Shown here one piece after another: positions 9,374-19,213 of a DNA stretch of 64,000 nt. The translations under genes and the position numbers were made by a program. Origin of the DNA: Longimicrobiales bacterium (GTDB lineage Bacteria; Gemmatimonadota; Gemmatimonadetes; Longimicrobiales; Gaopeijiaceae); assembly GCA_965202985.1 (NCBI GenBank), contig CBDBCF010000001.1, positions 2,112,001 through 2,176,000 of the forward strand, in the 5' to 3' direction. Below the pieces are notes generated by a model. It saw only the letters and a list, made by a program, of their open reading frames with translations. It had not been told where the DNA came from and did not search any database. Within the stretch, counting starts at the first letter, position 1, and every line of letters begins with the position of its first letter.

Positions 9374-10812
9374 TTAGGAAGCCGCTTGCGTCTCTTCTGC
9401 GGCCTTGCGAGCCTGTGCGGCTGCCAGTCCCGCCGACAGCGCGATCCAGAAGCCGGCCAGGGGCGCCGTCGCCATGGCCAAGGCGGCCACGCCCAGGCCG
9501 AGCATGGCGAACAGGCCGTCGATGCCCATGCCCGCCACGTCGCCGCCTCGGTACAGGAAGACGTCCACGACGGGCTTCGCCTTGTACTTCTCGCGCTCCG
9601 TCACGACGCTGAACAGCGTCTCGCGCGCAGGTCGCGAAACGGCGTGGCGCGTGGCCCGGTGGACGGCTTGGAAGATCGCCAGGACGCCCAGGACCGGCCA
9701 TATGGCCAGCACGGCGAAGCCGACCAGGGTCACCAGCGCCACGATCGCCAGCGTCCAGCCGACGCCCAGCCACTTCAAGAGGCGGGCGGTGACGAAGACT
9801 TGGACCAGCAGCGTCGCCGACTGGGCCAGGAAGTCGAAGTAGGCGAAGTTCTCGACGCGCTCGCTGAACGTGTCGGCGGCCTGCGAGATCAGGTTCGCTT
9901 GGGCGAAGTAGATCAGCGTGTTGGACACGGCCAGGAAGACCACCCATAGCCCGATCCCGAGCATGTAGGGCGAAGTGGCCACCGTCCTGGCCCCCTCCCA
10001 GAACGTGCCGCCGATCCGGGCGCACCCCCCCCGCCGTCCTCGTCGGACGCGCCCGTCGTTCTCGCTCCGGCCGATCTCTGCGCCGCCCTTGGCGTCCGGC
10101 GCCGGGGCGCCATCCGATCCAGCAGCAGCATGACCGCAACGGCGCCCGCAAAGAGAACGCACGCGACAAGCATGAATCCGGCGGGCAGATAGGCCGAATC
10201 CGTGGCGCCGCTGATCTGGCCCGCCGCCCAGCTGCCCGTGATCGACCCCAGCGTGCCGCCTGCCCCGACGAAGGCGAAGATCCGCTTTCCTTGGCCGAAG
10301 TCGAAGATGTCCACCATGAACGACCAGAAGACGCTGGTCATGAACAGGTTCACCACGCTGAGCCACACGTAGTACGTGTAGCCCACGCCCCGCGCCAAGG
10401 CCGTCTCGGTGCTGGTTCCGATCAACCCGCCGCCCGCCGCCGCATCGCCGATCAGCAGACCCGCGAAGCCCAGCAGGCACACGACCACGAACCCGTACCA
10501 TGCGGGAATGAAGCGCCGACGGTTGGTGCGCGCGACCACGCCTCCGAACGCCAGCACCACCAGCAGACTCACCGCCGAAGTGACGCCGAACAACCAGCGC
10601 AAATCGCCCATTCCCCTCGCCACGCCCATCGCGTCCCGGACGGGGCGAAGGAAGAAGTACCCGCAGAGCACCAGGAAGAAGAACAGCGCCGACAACAGGG
10701 CTAGCGGACGTTCCCGCGGCTCCATCCTCTTGAGCGTCACCGAGCCGAGGCCGAGAATCGAGCCGACTGCAACGATCCACAGGGCCACGGTCGAGACTGT
10801 CGGCGAATCCAT
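9374..10812 (-). pseudogene. NTT/TLC-like (NTP/NDP exchange-type) MFS transporter, frameshifted at a G8 tract (10025-10032)
   Basis: N-half (MDSPTV..RPVRDAMG..SVFWSFMVDIF) and C-half (IGGTFWEG..RPARETLF..KYKAKPVVD..YRGGD) lie in different frames; one extra G gives a 479-aa paralog of 10968-12416. Confidence 0.8.
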
Positions 10813-10967
10813 GCTTGCGCCATCTCCGTTTGGTAGGCGGAAGGAACGGGCCGGTACGCCGAAGGCGGGATTGACCCCAGCGATAAGAAGGCCATCTTCA
10901 TCCCAGGGCAAGTCCGCCCTCTCGCCCGGCTCCGATCTCCCCTCCTTGCGATGCCTGCCGTCTGCCG

Positions 10968-12416
10968 ATGAGCCCGATCTTCGGAACCGGAGCACGTTCG
11001 ACCAAAGCCCTGGTCCGCTTGACCGGCGTGCGTCCCCAGGAAGCGGTCGCGGTGTTCCTGGCGTGCGCCTACTTCTTCTGCGTGCTGGCGGCGTGGTTCG
11101 TGATTCGCCCGATCCGCGAAGAGATGGGCGTGGCCGGCGGCGTCGAGAACATCCCTTGGCTGTTCACGGGCACGCTGGCGGGGATGCTGCTGGTTCACCC
11201 TCTGTTCTCGGCCACGGTCTCCCGCTGGCCCCGTCGACGCTTCGTGACGGTGGCGTACCGGTTCTTCATGGCCAACCTGGTCGTCTTCTCGGTGTTGCTG
11301 AACGCGGTGTCTCCCGAGGCGGCGGTCTGGACCGGTCGCGTGTTCTTCGTCTGGACCAGCGTGTTCAACATGTTCGTGGTCTCGGTCTTCTGGTCGTTCA
11401 TGACCGACATCTTCCGCGAAGTCCAGAGCAAGCGGCTGTTCGGCCTTCTCGGCGTTGGAGGGACGCTGGGGGGCATCGCCGGCTCCGCTGCGACGGCGGT
11501 TCTCGCGCCTCGGGTCGAAGCGGCGCATCTGTTGTGGTTGTCGGTGCTGCTCTTGGAGGTTGCCGTCCTCTGCGTCAAGGGGCTGGACAAGCGCGACGGC
11601 GCGTCCCGCTCGCAGGCGGGCAAGGTTGGTTCCGGAAGTTCCGCATCCAGCCGGAAGGCGAGCGCCGCTCGTTCGCTCTCGTGGTCGGAGAGCGCGGCGG
11701 CCAGCACGCAGATCATCGGCGGGACGCCATGGGACGGGATTCGCCGCGTGACGGCTTCGCGGTACCTGACGGGCATCTGCGTCTTCATGGTGTTGTTCAC
11801 GACGGGCTCCACCTTCTTGTACAACATCCAAGCGGAGATCATGTCCCGGACCTTTCCGGACCCTGGACAGCGAACATCGGTGTTCGCGCAGCTGGACTTG
11901 GCTGTGCAGGTGCTGACGCTCCTAACCCAGCTGTTCTTTACGGGCCGCCTGCTCAGGTGGCTGGGCGTCGGCGTCGTGCTGGCGGTTCTGCCGACGGCCA
12001 GCGTGCTAGGGTTTGCGGCGTTGGCAACGGTGCCGATCTTCGCGGTCTTCGCCGCCTTTCAGGTGTTGCGGCGCGCAGGCGAGTACGCCCTGGCCCGCCC
12101 CAGCCGCGAAGTGCTCTACACCGTGCTGAACCGAAGCGACAAGTACAAGGCCAAGAACTTCATCGACACGGTCGTGTACAGAGGAGGCGACCAAGTCGGC
12201 GCGTGGTCGTACGCGGCGTTCGGCTACATCGGCGGAAGCACGCCCCTCGCGGCCTTGGCCATGGCCCTGTTGTCGGTCCCGTGGCTGGCGACCGCTCTAT
12301 GGCTGGGTCGACAGCAGAAGGCCCGCGCGACCCGCCTCGGGGATCAAGCCGACGCTGGCCCGTCGGCGCCGGAGCTGGCCAGTCTCCGATCCAGACATCG
12401 GATCGATCGATCGTAG
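10968..12416 (+). CDS. NTT/TLC-like (NTP/NDP exchange-type) MFS transporter
   Basis: About 12 hydrophobic segments; RPIREEMG, SVFWSFMTDIF..KRLFG, RPSREVLYT..KYKAKNFIDTVVYRGGD. Confidence 0.82.
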   Translation: MSPIFGTGARSTKALVRLTGVRPQEAVAVFLACAYFFCVLAAWFVIRPIREEMGVAGGVENIPWLFTGTLAGMLLVHPLFSATVSRWPRRRFVTVAYRFFMANLVVFSVLLNAVSPEAAVWTGRVFFVWTSVFNMFVVSVFWSFMTDIFREVQSKRLFGLLGVGGTLGGIAGSAATAVLAPRVEAAHLLWLSVLLLEVAVLCVKGLDKRDGASRSQAGKVGSGSSASSRKASAARSLSWSESAAASTQIIGGTPWDGIRRVTASRYLTGICVFMVLFTTGSTFLYNIQAEIMSRTFPDPGQRTSVFAQLDLAVQVLTLLTQLFFTGRLLRWLGVGVVLAVLPTASVLGFAALATVPIFAVFAAFQVLRRAGEYALARPSREVLYTVLNRSDKYKAKNFIDTVVYRGGDQVGAWSYAAFGYIGGSTPLAALAMALLSVPWLATALWLGRQQKARATRLGDQADAGPSAPELASLRSRHRIDRS

Positions 12417-12737
12417 CTACGACTTCTTGCCCGGCGTGAGCTCGTCCAAGATGTCCGATGCCGATATTGCGATCTGGAAGACGATCACCACGAGTTCCAG
12501 GCAGACGCGCACCCCGAACAAGAAGAACAGCGACAAGACCACGGCCGATCCCGAGTAGGCGAAGACGTCCGCGTCGGGCAAGTCGCCACTGGTCAGGAAC
12601 GGGATGATCTCGAAGCCCCATGCGAAGATCAGGACGACGAAGGTCAGGATGTACATTATCCTAACCAAACGGATCGCCACGAAGTGAGAGAACGAGAAGT
12701 CGAAGATGCGCGCGAAGGTCGAGGGACGAGAAGCCAT
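12417..12737 (-). CDS. small membrane protein, DUF4282-like
   Basis: FDFSFSHFVAIRLVRIMY..RVCLELVVIVFQIA pattern; two TM segments. Confidence 0.7.
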   Translation of the reverse strand: MASRPSTFARIFDFSFSHFVAIRLVRIMYILTFVVLIFAWGFEIIPFLTSGDLPDADVFAYSGSAVVLSLFFLFGVRVCLELVVIVFQIAISASDILDELTPGKKS

Positions 12738-12794
12738 TTTTCCGTCACGGTGTTGAAGTTGGAGTGAAGACGCTGCCCTAGAGTGATTTGTCGT

Positions 12795-12835
12795 GCGAGC
12801 CCGCCTGCACCCGCGAACGGCGCAGGCGGGCTCGC
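12795..12835. terminator. GC-rich hairpin, possible terminator
   Basis: 14-bp perfect stem GCGAGCCCGCCTGC/GCAGGCGGGCTCGC just past the stop of the repeat-protein gene; the short T tract lies on the + side. Confidence 0.5.
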
Positions 12836-12857
12836 CCTCCTTTTGCCCGACGTTCTA

Positions 12858-13967
12858 CTAGCGAGTCGCCACCAGCGTGTCCTTGAGGTCTTGGACCCGC
12901 TCGGAGGTGACTTCACGCAAGTCCTTGATGCGCTCGCCCGTGTAGTCCTTGAAGTCGTCGATCCGCTGGCCCAAGGTATCGACGATCCGCTTCTCCGAGT
13001 CACGAATAGCTTGACCGATCGAAGCGTGAGCGGCCTCCCCTTCGGCTGCAACTGCTTCAATGCGCTGGTCCAGGCCTGCTTCAGCGCCGTCGATGCGCTT
13101 GGCCAAGCTTGCTTCGACGTTGTTGATGCACTTACTCATCCCTGCCTCGACGCTTTCAATGTGTTTGGTCAGGCCAGTTTTGACTTCTTCGATGCGCTCC
13201 CCCAGACCTGCTTCGACGTCGTCGACGCGCTGCCCAAGGCCCGCTTCGACACCGTCGATTCGCTTGGTCAGGCCGGCTTCGACGCCGTCGATTCGCTGTC
13301 CCAGACCGGCTTCGACGCTGTCCATGCGCTGCCCAAGGCCCGCTTCGACACCGTCGATTCGCTTGGTCAGGCCGGCTTCGACGCCGTCGATTCGCTTGGC
13401 CAGGCCCGCTTCGACGCTGTCGATTCGCTGTCCCAGGCCTGCTTCGACGCTGTCCATGCGCTGTCCCAGACCTGCTTCGACACTGTCGATTCGCTGCCCC
13501 AGACCCGCTTCGACGCCGTCGATTCGCTTGGTCAGGCCGGCTTCGACGCCGTCGATGCGTTGTCCCAGACCTGCTTCGACACTGTCGATTCGCTGTCCCA
13601 GACCCGCTTCGACACCGTCGATGCGCTTGGTCAAGCTTGCTTCGACGTTATCGATGCGCTTGCTCATCCCCGCCTCGACGCTTTCGATGTGTTTGGTCAG
13701 GCCAGTTTTGACTTCCTTGATGCGGTGCCCAAGGCCTGCTTCGACACCGTCAATGCGCTGTCCAAGGCCTGCTTCGACGCCGTCGATGCGCTTGGTCAGG
13801 CTTGCTTCGACATTGTCAATGCGCTTGCCAAGGTGGGCTTCGACATTGTCCATGTGTTTGCCGAGGCTGCCTTCGACATCGTCGATGCGCTTGCCAATGG
13901 ACCTGTTGAGCATCGCGAAGCCGGTCGCAAGCACGACCAGGCCTCCGAGCCACTCCAAGACTCCCAT
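12858..13967 (-). CDS. membrane-anchored 11-residue-repeat (hendecad/apolipoprotein-like) coiled-coil protein
   Basis: RBS AAAGGAGG before ATG 13967; N-terminal hydrophobic anchor followed by 25 units of RIDxVEAGLxx. Confidence 0.8.
   Translation of the reverse strand: MGVLEWLGGLVVLATGFAMLNRSIGKRIDDVEGSLGKHMDNVEAHLGKRIDNVEASLTKRIDGVEAGLGQRIDGVEAGLGHRIKEVKTGLTKHIESVEAGMSKRIDNVEASLTKRIDGVEAGLGQRIDSVEAGLGQRIDGVEAGLTKRIDGVEAGLGQRIDSVEAGLGQRMDSVEAGLGQRIDSVEAGLAKRIDGVEAGLTKRIDGVEAGLGQRMDSVEAGLGQRIDGVEAGLTKRIDGVEAGLGQRVDDVEAGLGERIEEVKTGLTKHIESVEAGMSKCINNVEASLAKRIDGAEAGLDQRIEAVAAEGEAAHASIGQAIRDSEKRIVDTLGQRIDDFKDYTGERIKDLREVTSERVQDLKDTLVATR
13065..13889 (-). repeat. 33-bp coding tandem repeat, about 25 copies
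   Basis: Units such as gattcgcttggtcaggccggcttcgacgccgtc recur contiguously and in frame. Confidence 0.9.
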
Positions 13968-14149
13968 GCGACTTCCTCCTTTCGGACGAGGCGTCGTCCC
14001 CGTCCCGTTGTGGTGGTGCGCTCCGAGAAGCGTCCCCGCGTGGGACGCCCGAGGTGCGCAGGACAAGCTAACGCATTCGAGGTCCGACCGGCACGGGTCC
14101 GGTCGCGTCCAGCTGCTCACGAGGTGCCGATCCGTCTCGAGTTTGGGTC

Positions 14150-17100
14150 CTAGTCTTCCCGCCGAACCACGACCCCGTATCCCTCCAAGTCTCGTTGCTC
14201 ATACGACTGCGCGGCGGCTACCTCAAGGAGCCGCACTTGGTAGCCGTCGGCATGAGCGACGTTCGGTACCCAGAACTCCAGCACGCCTCCGGTCCGCAGG
14301 CGCCCGGCCACGACGATCCGGCGCCGTAGCGGCGTGCCCGCGTGGAACAGCTCGAAGTCCGTCGCCCGCAACGAGTCCAGGCCCGGGCCCTCGACCTCCA
14401 GCATGACGCCCGCGTCGTCGTTCGAGTTCGGCAATGTCAAGTCGACAGTCAGGAACCCGGGCAAGGGCAGGGCAACGGCGGCGAACTCGGCGGTCAGGCC
14501 GGCTGCCGAAGCGACCAGCGTCTGCGAAGAGTCCGATCCCAAGGTCCATGTCGTCCGGGCCAAGCCGTCGGCCTGCGTCACGACCGAATCCGGAGAGATT
14601 GAGCCGCCGCCCGAAGTCACCGCGAACCGCACCACAGCCTCTTGGGCCGGGTGTCCGTTGGCGTCCAGCACTCGCACCGTCGGCGAGACGTCCAAGGGGT
14701 CGCCGGCAACGCCGTCTTGGCGGTCGCCTTCGACCTTTTGCAGGTCGCGGGGAGTTTGCCTGACCGTCGCGGCCGCCTGGGCGCGTGCGGCACCCGCTCG
14801 GGCCGTGATGGCGGCGGCGCCGCTGCCGACCGCCCGGACCAGCCCCGTGTCGTCCACGGTCGCCACGTCCGGCGCCGAGCTCGTCCATGCTACGGCCGCG
14901 CCGGCCATCAAATTGCCGTTCTGATCGCGAACTTGGACTCCCAGCTGTTGCGCGTCGTCGATGGCCTCCAGCACGAAGGCGGACGGAGACAAGACCATGG
15001 TCGTGGGAATCGGATCGGGGGCCGTAGGAGGGGAATCGCCGCCGCAAGCCGCCGCAAGCGCAGATGCGAGCAGCCGCAATCCGAGCGTCGTGGACTTGGT
15101 TCGCGGACGCAGGGCAACCGGGGCCGCCACTTTCGGCTCTGCCCGATCGCACTCGCACGGGCACTCGCGCCGCCGCGTGGCACTTGTCTTCGCCGAACGA
15201 CGCCGAGCGTTCCGGCCCGGCAGCCTCCGCTCCCGCGACTTCGGCCCAGTCCGCGACGAGGACAACGTTGCTGGCGCCGACGACGACGGGCCGTCCTTGC
15301 ACCGGGCGCCCCCTGCCCGACATCGGTCTCGCCACGACAGAAAGTCGCCCAGGTTGTAGGCGCCGTCGTGGTTGCCCAGCCGGTCGAGCGCCGCCCGTTG
15401 GAGATCGGTGACGGGGCCGTCGCCCAAGAGGGCCCGCGCGGCCTCCTGCACCGACAAGTCCGTCGCCACCTGGAAGGTGTCGGCCACGAAGAACGGTCGG
15501 CCGGCACCTCCGTCCACGTCGATCCGAATCGTGTCCACGTAAAGACCGGGAGCCGTGGCGCGGGCGCGCCGCCGCCACCGCAAGCGGTCGCCGGCCGTGC
15601 CCGTCGAGTCCAGCAGTTCGAGCCAATCGAACCCATTCGTCCCGCCCGTCCTGGCCGACCACGTGCTCGCCTCCGCCCCGAAGCCCTTCATCTCGACCAC
15701 CACCGAGTCTCCGAGCGCCTCCGCAACCCCGGTCACCGAGACCGCGTGGCCGCCCGAACGGTCCCGCGCCCACACGACCACGCCCACGGTCAGCCCCACC
15801 ACCACCGCCGGCCCGTCCTCTCGGGGGACGCTCGCCGAGCTCAGCCGAACCGTCTCTTCGTATTCGCCGGCTTCCAACTCCGACGGATCGACGGTCCACG
15901 CCAGCGTGTCGAATGCGAAGCCCGAGGCCACGTCCAGCGACAACCACTCCGATCCGCCGTGCGTGGCCGTCCACTGCTCGCTGGGCCAGCCGGCGCCGAA
16001 GACGCCGACGCCAGTGCGCAAAGCCACGGGCTGGCCGCCCACCGGCACTTCCAGCTCCTGGTCCCGAACCCGCACCTGAAGCGACAGCGGCGCCGAGGCG
16101 GGCACCGAGAAGGCGCCCCGTCCGTGCGTGGCGGCGACCATCATGCCGGCGTGCGGTTCGGCGACCAGATCAAAGACGGCCACCATCGGCAACCCGCTCC
16201 CGAAGCGCGTCCAGCGCCCCGGCCCCGCCGAAGCGAACACGCCCAAGTCCGTCCCGACGAAGAGCTGGTCGTCGTTGGCGGGGTCCAGCAGCACGGCGTT
16301 GACCGGGTGGTCGGGAAGGTTGCCCGTGATGTCGCGCCACGTATCGCCGAAGTCGTCGGTGGCGAACACGTGGCCGGTGCCGAAGCCCGAGACGGTGGCC
16401 CAGGCCGTGCCCGCCCGTGTGGGATGCACCGCCAAGTCCGACACGAATCGGTCCGGCAGGAACGAGGTGCGCCAGGTCGCGCCCCCGTCCCGCGTCACGT
16501 GCACCTTGCCCCAGCTGGCGACGTACACCACGCCCCCGTCCGAGCGCGCCGGCGCAATCCGGGAAATGGGTTCGTCCGCGTCCTTCTGGGCAATGTTGCC
16601 GGGGACGACTTGCCACGAATCGCCGCCGTCTCGCGTCTTGTACAGTCGCGAAGTGCCGAAGTACAGCACGTCGGGGTCGAACGCGTCCATGACCAGCGGC
16701 GGAATGAACAAGGCGTCTTCGTCCAAGTCGATGCCCGCAATGAACTGCTCGGCGGACGCGCCGCCGTCCGAGCGTCGGGGACCCGAGTATTCGCCGCCCC
16801 ACTGCGTTTCGACCCATATGCGGTCGCGCGTGGGATGCGTTGCCGTAAAGCCGCCGTCGCCCCCCAGCACATGTTCCCACACCGGGTCGCCGGGCCGGTG
16901 TCGAACCGTTCCGTTGTCCTGTGTGCCCCCCAAGACGTCGAACGCCCCGCGCGGACTGATCGACACGCCGCCGTAGAACTGCGTCAGCTCCAAGTTCGTG
17001 TTGAGCGACTCCCAATGCTCGCCGCGGTCCGGACTGCGGTAGACGCCGCCGTCGTTGCCCACCCATACCATGTCCGGCCGTTCCGGGTCGGTGGTGATCA

Positions 17101-18334
17101 CGTGCTGGTCCACGTGTATCCATTCGGTGCCGCCGTTCATCTTGTAGTCGAAGGACCGGCCGCCGTTGTCGGAGCGATAGAACAAGATGCTTCCGAAGTA
17201 CAGGACGCTGGGGTCCCGCGGGTGGACAGCCAGCGTCATGTCGTACCAGCACTGCGTGCACGAGGCCCCTTCGGCGGGCAATGCGGACCAGGTGTCGCCG
17301 CCGTCGGAGCTGCGGTACAGCTTGGGCGGCGCGTCTTCGTCGGCCCGGGGATCGAACGCCGCATAGAGGACGGCGGGATCGGACGGGGCCTGGGCCAGCA
17401 TGATCCGCCCGTCGGTGCTGTCGCCCAACGTCAAGTGCTTCCATGTCGCGCCGCCGTTCGTGGACCGATGCACGCCGACGTACCGAACGCCGATGAAGAG
17501 TCGCTCCGGAACGCTGGGATGCAGCGCAAGGTCGGTCACGGCGGGGCCCCACCACTGGTCTTCCAAGACGAACGTCTCGTGCCAGGTCCTGCCCGAGTTC
17601 GTGGAGCGGTAGAAGCCCCAGTCGGTGGCGGCGTAGACGGTGGTCGCGCTTGCCGAACCCGCCGTGGCCGGATCGACGGCTATCCGCGAGATCCGCGCGC
17701 CGCCGTAGGGCGAGTTCCCAAAGACGGACTGGCCGAGGTGGACCCAGGTGGCTCCCCCGTCGGTGGAGCGCAACACGCCGCATCCGTAGTAGCTGTCCGC
17801 GGAAAAGTGAGCTTCGCCGGTGCCGGCGTACACGATCTCCGGGTCAACCGGGTCCAGCGCGATCGCGCCCATTGCCAACGAGCACTGGTCGTCGGTCAGC
17901 GGGCGCCACGACCTCCCCTGGTTGTCCGTTCTCCAGACGCCGCCCTGCGCTCCGCCCGCGAAGATCAAGTCCGGGTCGGTCGGATGCAGCGTGACCGCCG
18001 AAACCCGGCCCGTCGAAGCCAGGAACCACGGAATGACCTGCGGCCCCAGCGGCTCCCACGCCCCTGAGAGCACCGCCGAGCGACGTCCCGGCGGCGTAAT
18101 CCGCATCGGCCTGCGCAACACCGCGGACCGAGCCGCCTGCAACCGACCGCCCAGTCCCTCCAATCCCGGAGACCGCCGCTGTTCCAGAAAGAACTCCCAG
18201 CGCCGAGCGGGGTCGTCGGTCTGCAAGAGCGAGGCCGCCGCTCGTCCTGCCGAGGCGTCCGCCCTAGTTGCTCCGCCCGCCTGGGCCGCAAGCGCCAGTC
18301 CCACCGCGGCCAAGCGAGCCAGCCATGACCTCAC
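14150..18334 (-). CDS. secreted VPS10/BNR (Asp-box) beta-propeller protein with BACON-like and Ig-like domains; apparent fusion with a downstream lipoprotein
   Basis: Signal peptide; many SxDGGxTW boxes; HVDQH and GGTQDNG motifs; internal lipobox LAAAC; Big_2-like WTSSAPDVATVD. Confidence 0.8.
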   Translation of the reverse strand: MRSWLARLAAVGLALAAQAGGATRADASAGRAAASLLQTDDPARRWEFFLEQRRSPGLEGLGGRLQAARSAVLRRPMRITPPGRRSAVLSGAWEPLGPQVIPWFLASTGRVSAVTLHPTDPDLIFAGGAQGGVWRTDNQGRSWRPLTDDQCSLAMGAIALDPVDPEIVYAGTGEAHFSADSYYGCGVLRSTDGGATWVHLGQSVFGNSPYGGARISRIAVDPATAGSASATTVYAATDWGFYRSTNSGRTWHETFVLEDQWWGPAVTDLALHPSVPERLFIGVRYVGVHRSTNGGATWKHLTLGDSTDGRIMLAQAPSDPAVLYAAFDPRADEDAPPKLYRSSDGGDTWSALPAEGASCTQCWYDMTLAVHPRDPSVLYFGSILFYRSDNGGRSFDYKMNGGTEWIHVDQHVITTDPERPDMVWVGNDGGVYRSPDRGEHWESLNTNLELTQFYGGVSISPRGAFDVLGGTQDNGTVRHRPGDPVWEHVLGGDGGFTATHPTRDRIWVETQWGGEYSGPRRSDGGASAEQFIAGIDLDEDALFIPPLVMDAFDPDVLYFGTSRLYKTRDGGDSWQVVPGNIAQKDADEPISRIAPARSDGGVVYVASWGKVHVTRDGGATWRTSFLPDRFVSDLAVHPTRAGTAWATVSGFGTGHVFATDDFGDTWRDITGNLPDHPVNAVLLDPANDDQLFVGTDLGVFASAGPGRWTRFGSGLPMVAVFDLVAEPHAGMMVAATHGRGAFSVPASAPLSLQVRVRDQELEVPVGGQPVALRTGVGVFGAGWPSEQWTATHGGSEWLSLDVASGFAFDTLAWTVDPSELEAGEYEETVRLSSASVPREDGPAVVVGLTVGVVVWARDRSGGHAVSVTGVAEALGDSVVVEMKGFGAEASTWSARTGGTNGFDWLELLDSTGTAGDRLRWRRRARATAPGLYVDTIRIDVDGGAGRPFFVADTFQVATDLSVQEAARALLGDGPVTDLQRAALDRLGNHDGAYNLGDFLSWRDRCRAGGARCKDGPSSSAPATLSSSRTGPKSRERRLPGRNARRRSAKTSATRRRECPCECDRAEPKVAAPVALRPRTKSTTLGLRLLASALAAACGGDSPPTAPDPIPTTMVLSPSAFVLEAIDDAQQLGVQVRDQNGNLMAGAAVAWTSSAPDVATVDDTGLVRAVGSGAAAITARAGAARAQAAATVRQTPRDLQKVEGDRQDGVAGDPLDVSPTVRVLDANGHPAQEAVVRFAVTSGGGSISPDSVVTQADGLARTTWTLGSDSSQTLVASAAGLTAEFAAVALPLPGFLTVDLTLPNSNDDAGVMLEVEGPGLDSLRATDFELFHAGTPLRRRIVVAGRLRTGGVLEFWVPNVAHADGYQVRLLEVAAAQSYEQRDLEGYGVVVRRED

Positions 18335-18346
18335 CCAGGGAGTCCT

Positions 18347-19213
18347 CTATGCATCGCCCGCGTCCAAAGCCGGCTCCCACGGAACGGAAGTCAAGAAGTC
18401 GACCAGAGCTCTGCTTGCCGGCGATTCTTCGAACGCCGTCTTTGGTAGGCCCTCCCTGCCTATGACGACCGACATCGGAGCGCCCGGGCAACTAAACTGC
18501 CCCGCTATCGTTATTCCCGCCTTCGTGCGATTGGCAATGCCCCGAGACACCTGATCTTCGGGGTTCCTGTATGCGTCAATAAAGTCCAGTGCCCGGGCGT
18601 ACCTATCGGGCCAAGCCACCGAGACCATCGGCCCCAGGTGATCTTCCAGGGTTCCCGTGTCTTCCGCATTTCCGGAAAAGACAAAGCACCCGACCGGAGC
18701 CACATCCGTTGCCATCCGCATCCCGTGTCGCAGCTCCGCCAAGTCTCCGTAATGCGTGCGGTAGCGCTGCCGGACGTTGTCGAGCGTGCCCGCTACGCCA
18801 ATTTCGTTTGCATCGTGCAAGAGTGCGATCGCGTATTGCGACACGTCGTATGAAACATTACCGGCAATCTCCATCGTTGTCTTCACCTTGTCGAGAAAGT
18901 CTACAATCGGATTCGTCTGGTCCTTGCCGTGAGCGCGAAACAGAAAAAACACCGTATCCAAATCAACACTCTGCAAGACCGCTTCAAGCGTGGGCAAACG
19001 GGGATGCGTCGCCGTCTGCAACGTGAGGTCACTAACGGCATACCGATCAATGTGTGTTGCAATCAAACCTCGACCCGCATGGCTATGGCCAAATGGCGAA
19101 GGCAAGTCCCGAATCTTGCCGTCGACCCAACGACAACCACCCACGACGCCGAGGCTGCGTTGCGTAAACACTACATCGTGACGACCCTCGCAAAACACGA
19201 GAATCGCCTTCAT
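18347..19213 (-). CDS. DUF3226-like TOPRIM-fold protein (putative nuclease/effector)
   Basis: N-terminal ILVFCEGRHD, LLHDAN, GTLED; ATGA overlap with the upstream ATPase. Confidence 0.65.
   Translation of the reverse strand: MKAILVFCEGRHDVVFTQRSLGVVGGCRWVDGKIRDLPSPFGHSHAGRGLIATHIDRYAVSDLTLQTATHPRLPTLEAVLQSVDLDTVFFLFRAHGKDQTNPIVDFLDKVKTTMEIAGNVSYDVSQYAIALLHDANEIGVAGTLDNVRQRYRTHYGDLAELRHGMRMATDVAPVGCFVFSGNAEDTGTLEDHLGPMVSVAWPDRYARALDFIDAYRNPEDQVSRGIANRTKAGITIAGQFSCPGAPMSVVIGREGLPKTAFEESPASRALVDFLTSVPWEPALDAGDA

Noticed and set aside
13065..13889. 33-bp repeats as a CRISPR array
   Set aside because: Units are contiguous, degenerate at codon positions, have no unique spacers, keep a reading frame, and no cas genes are present
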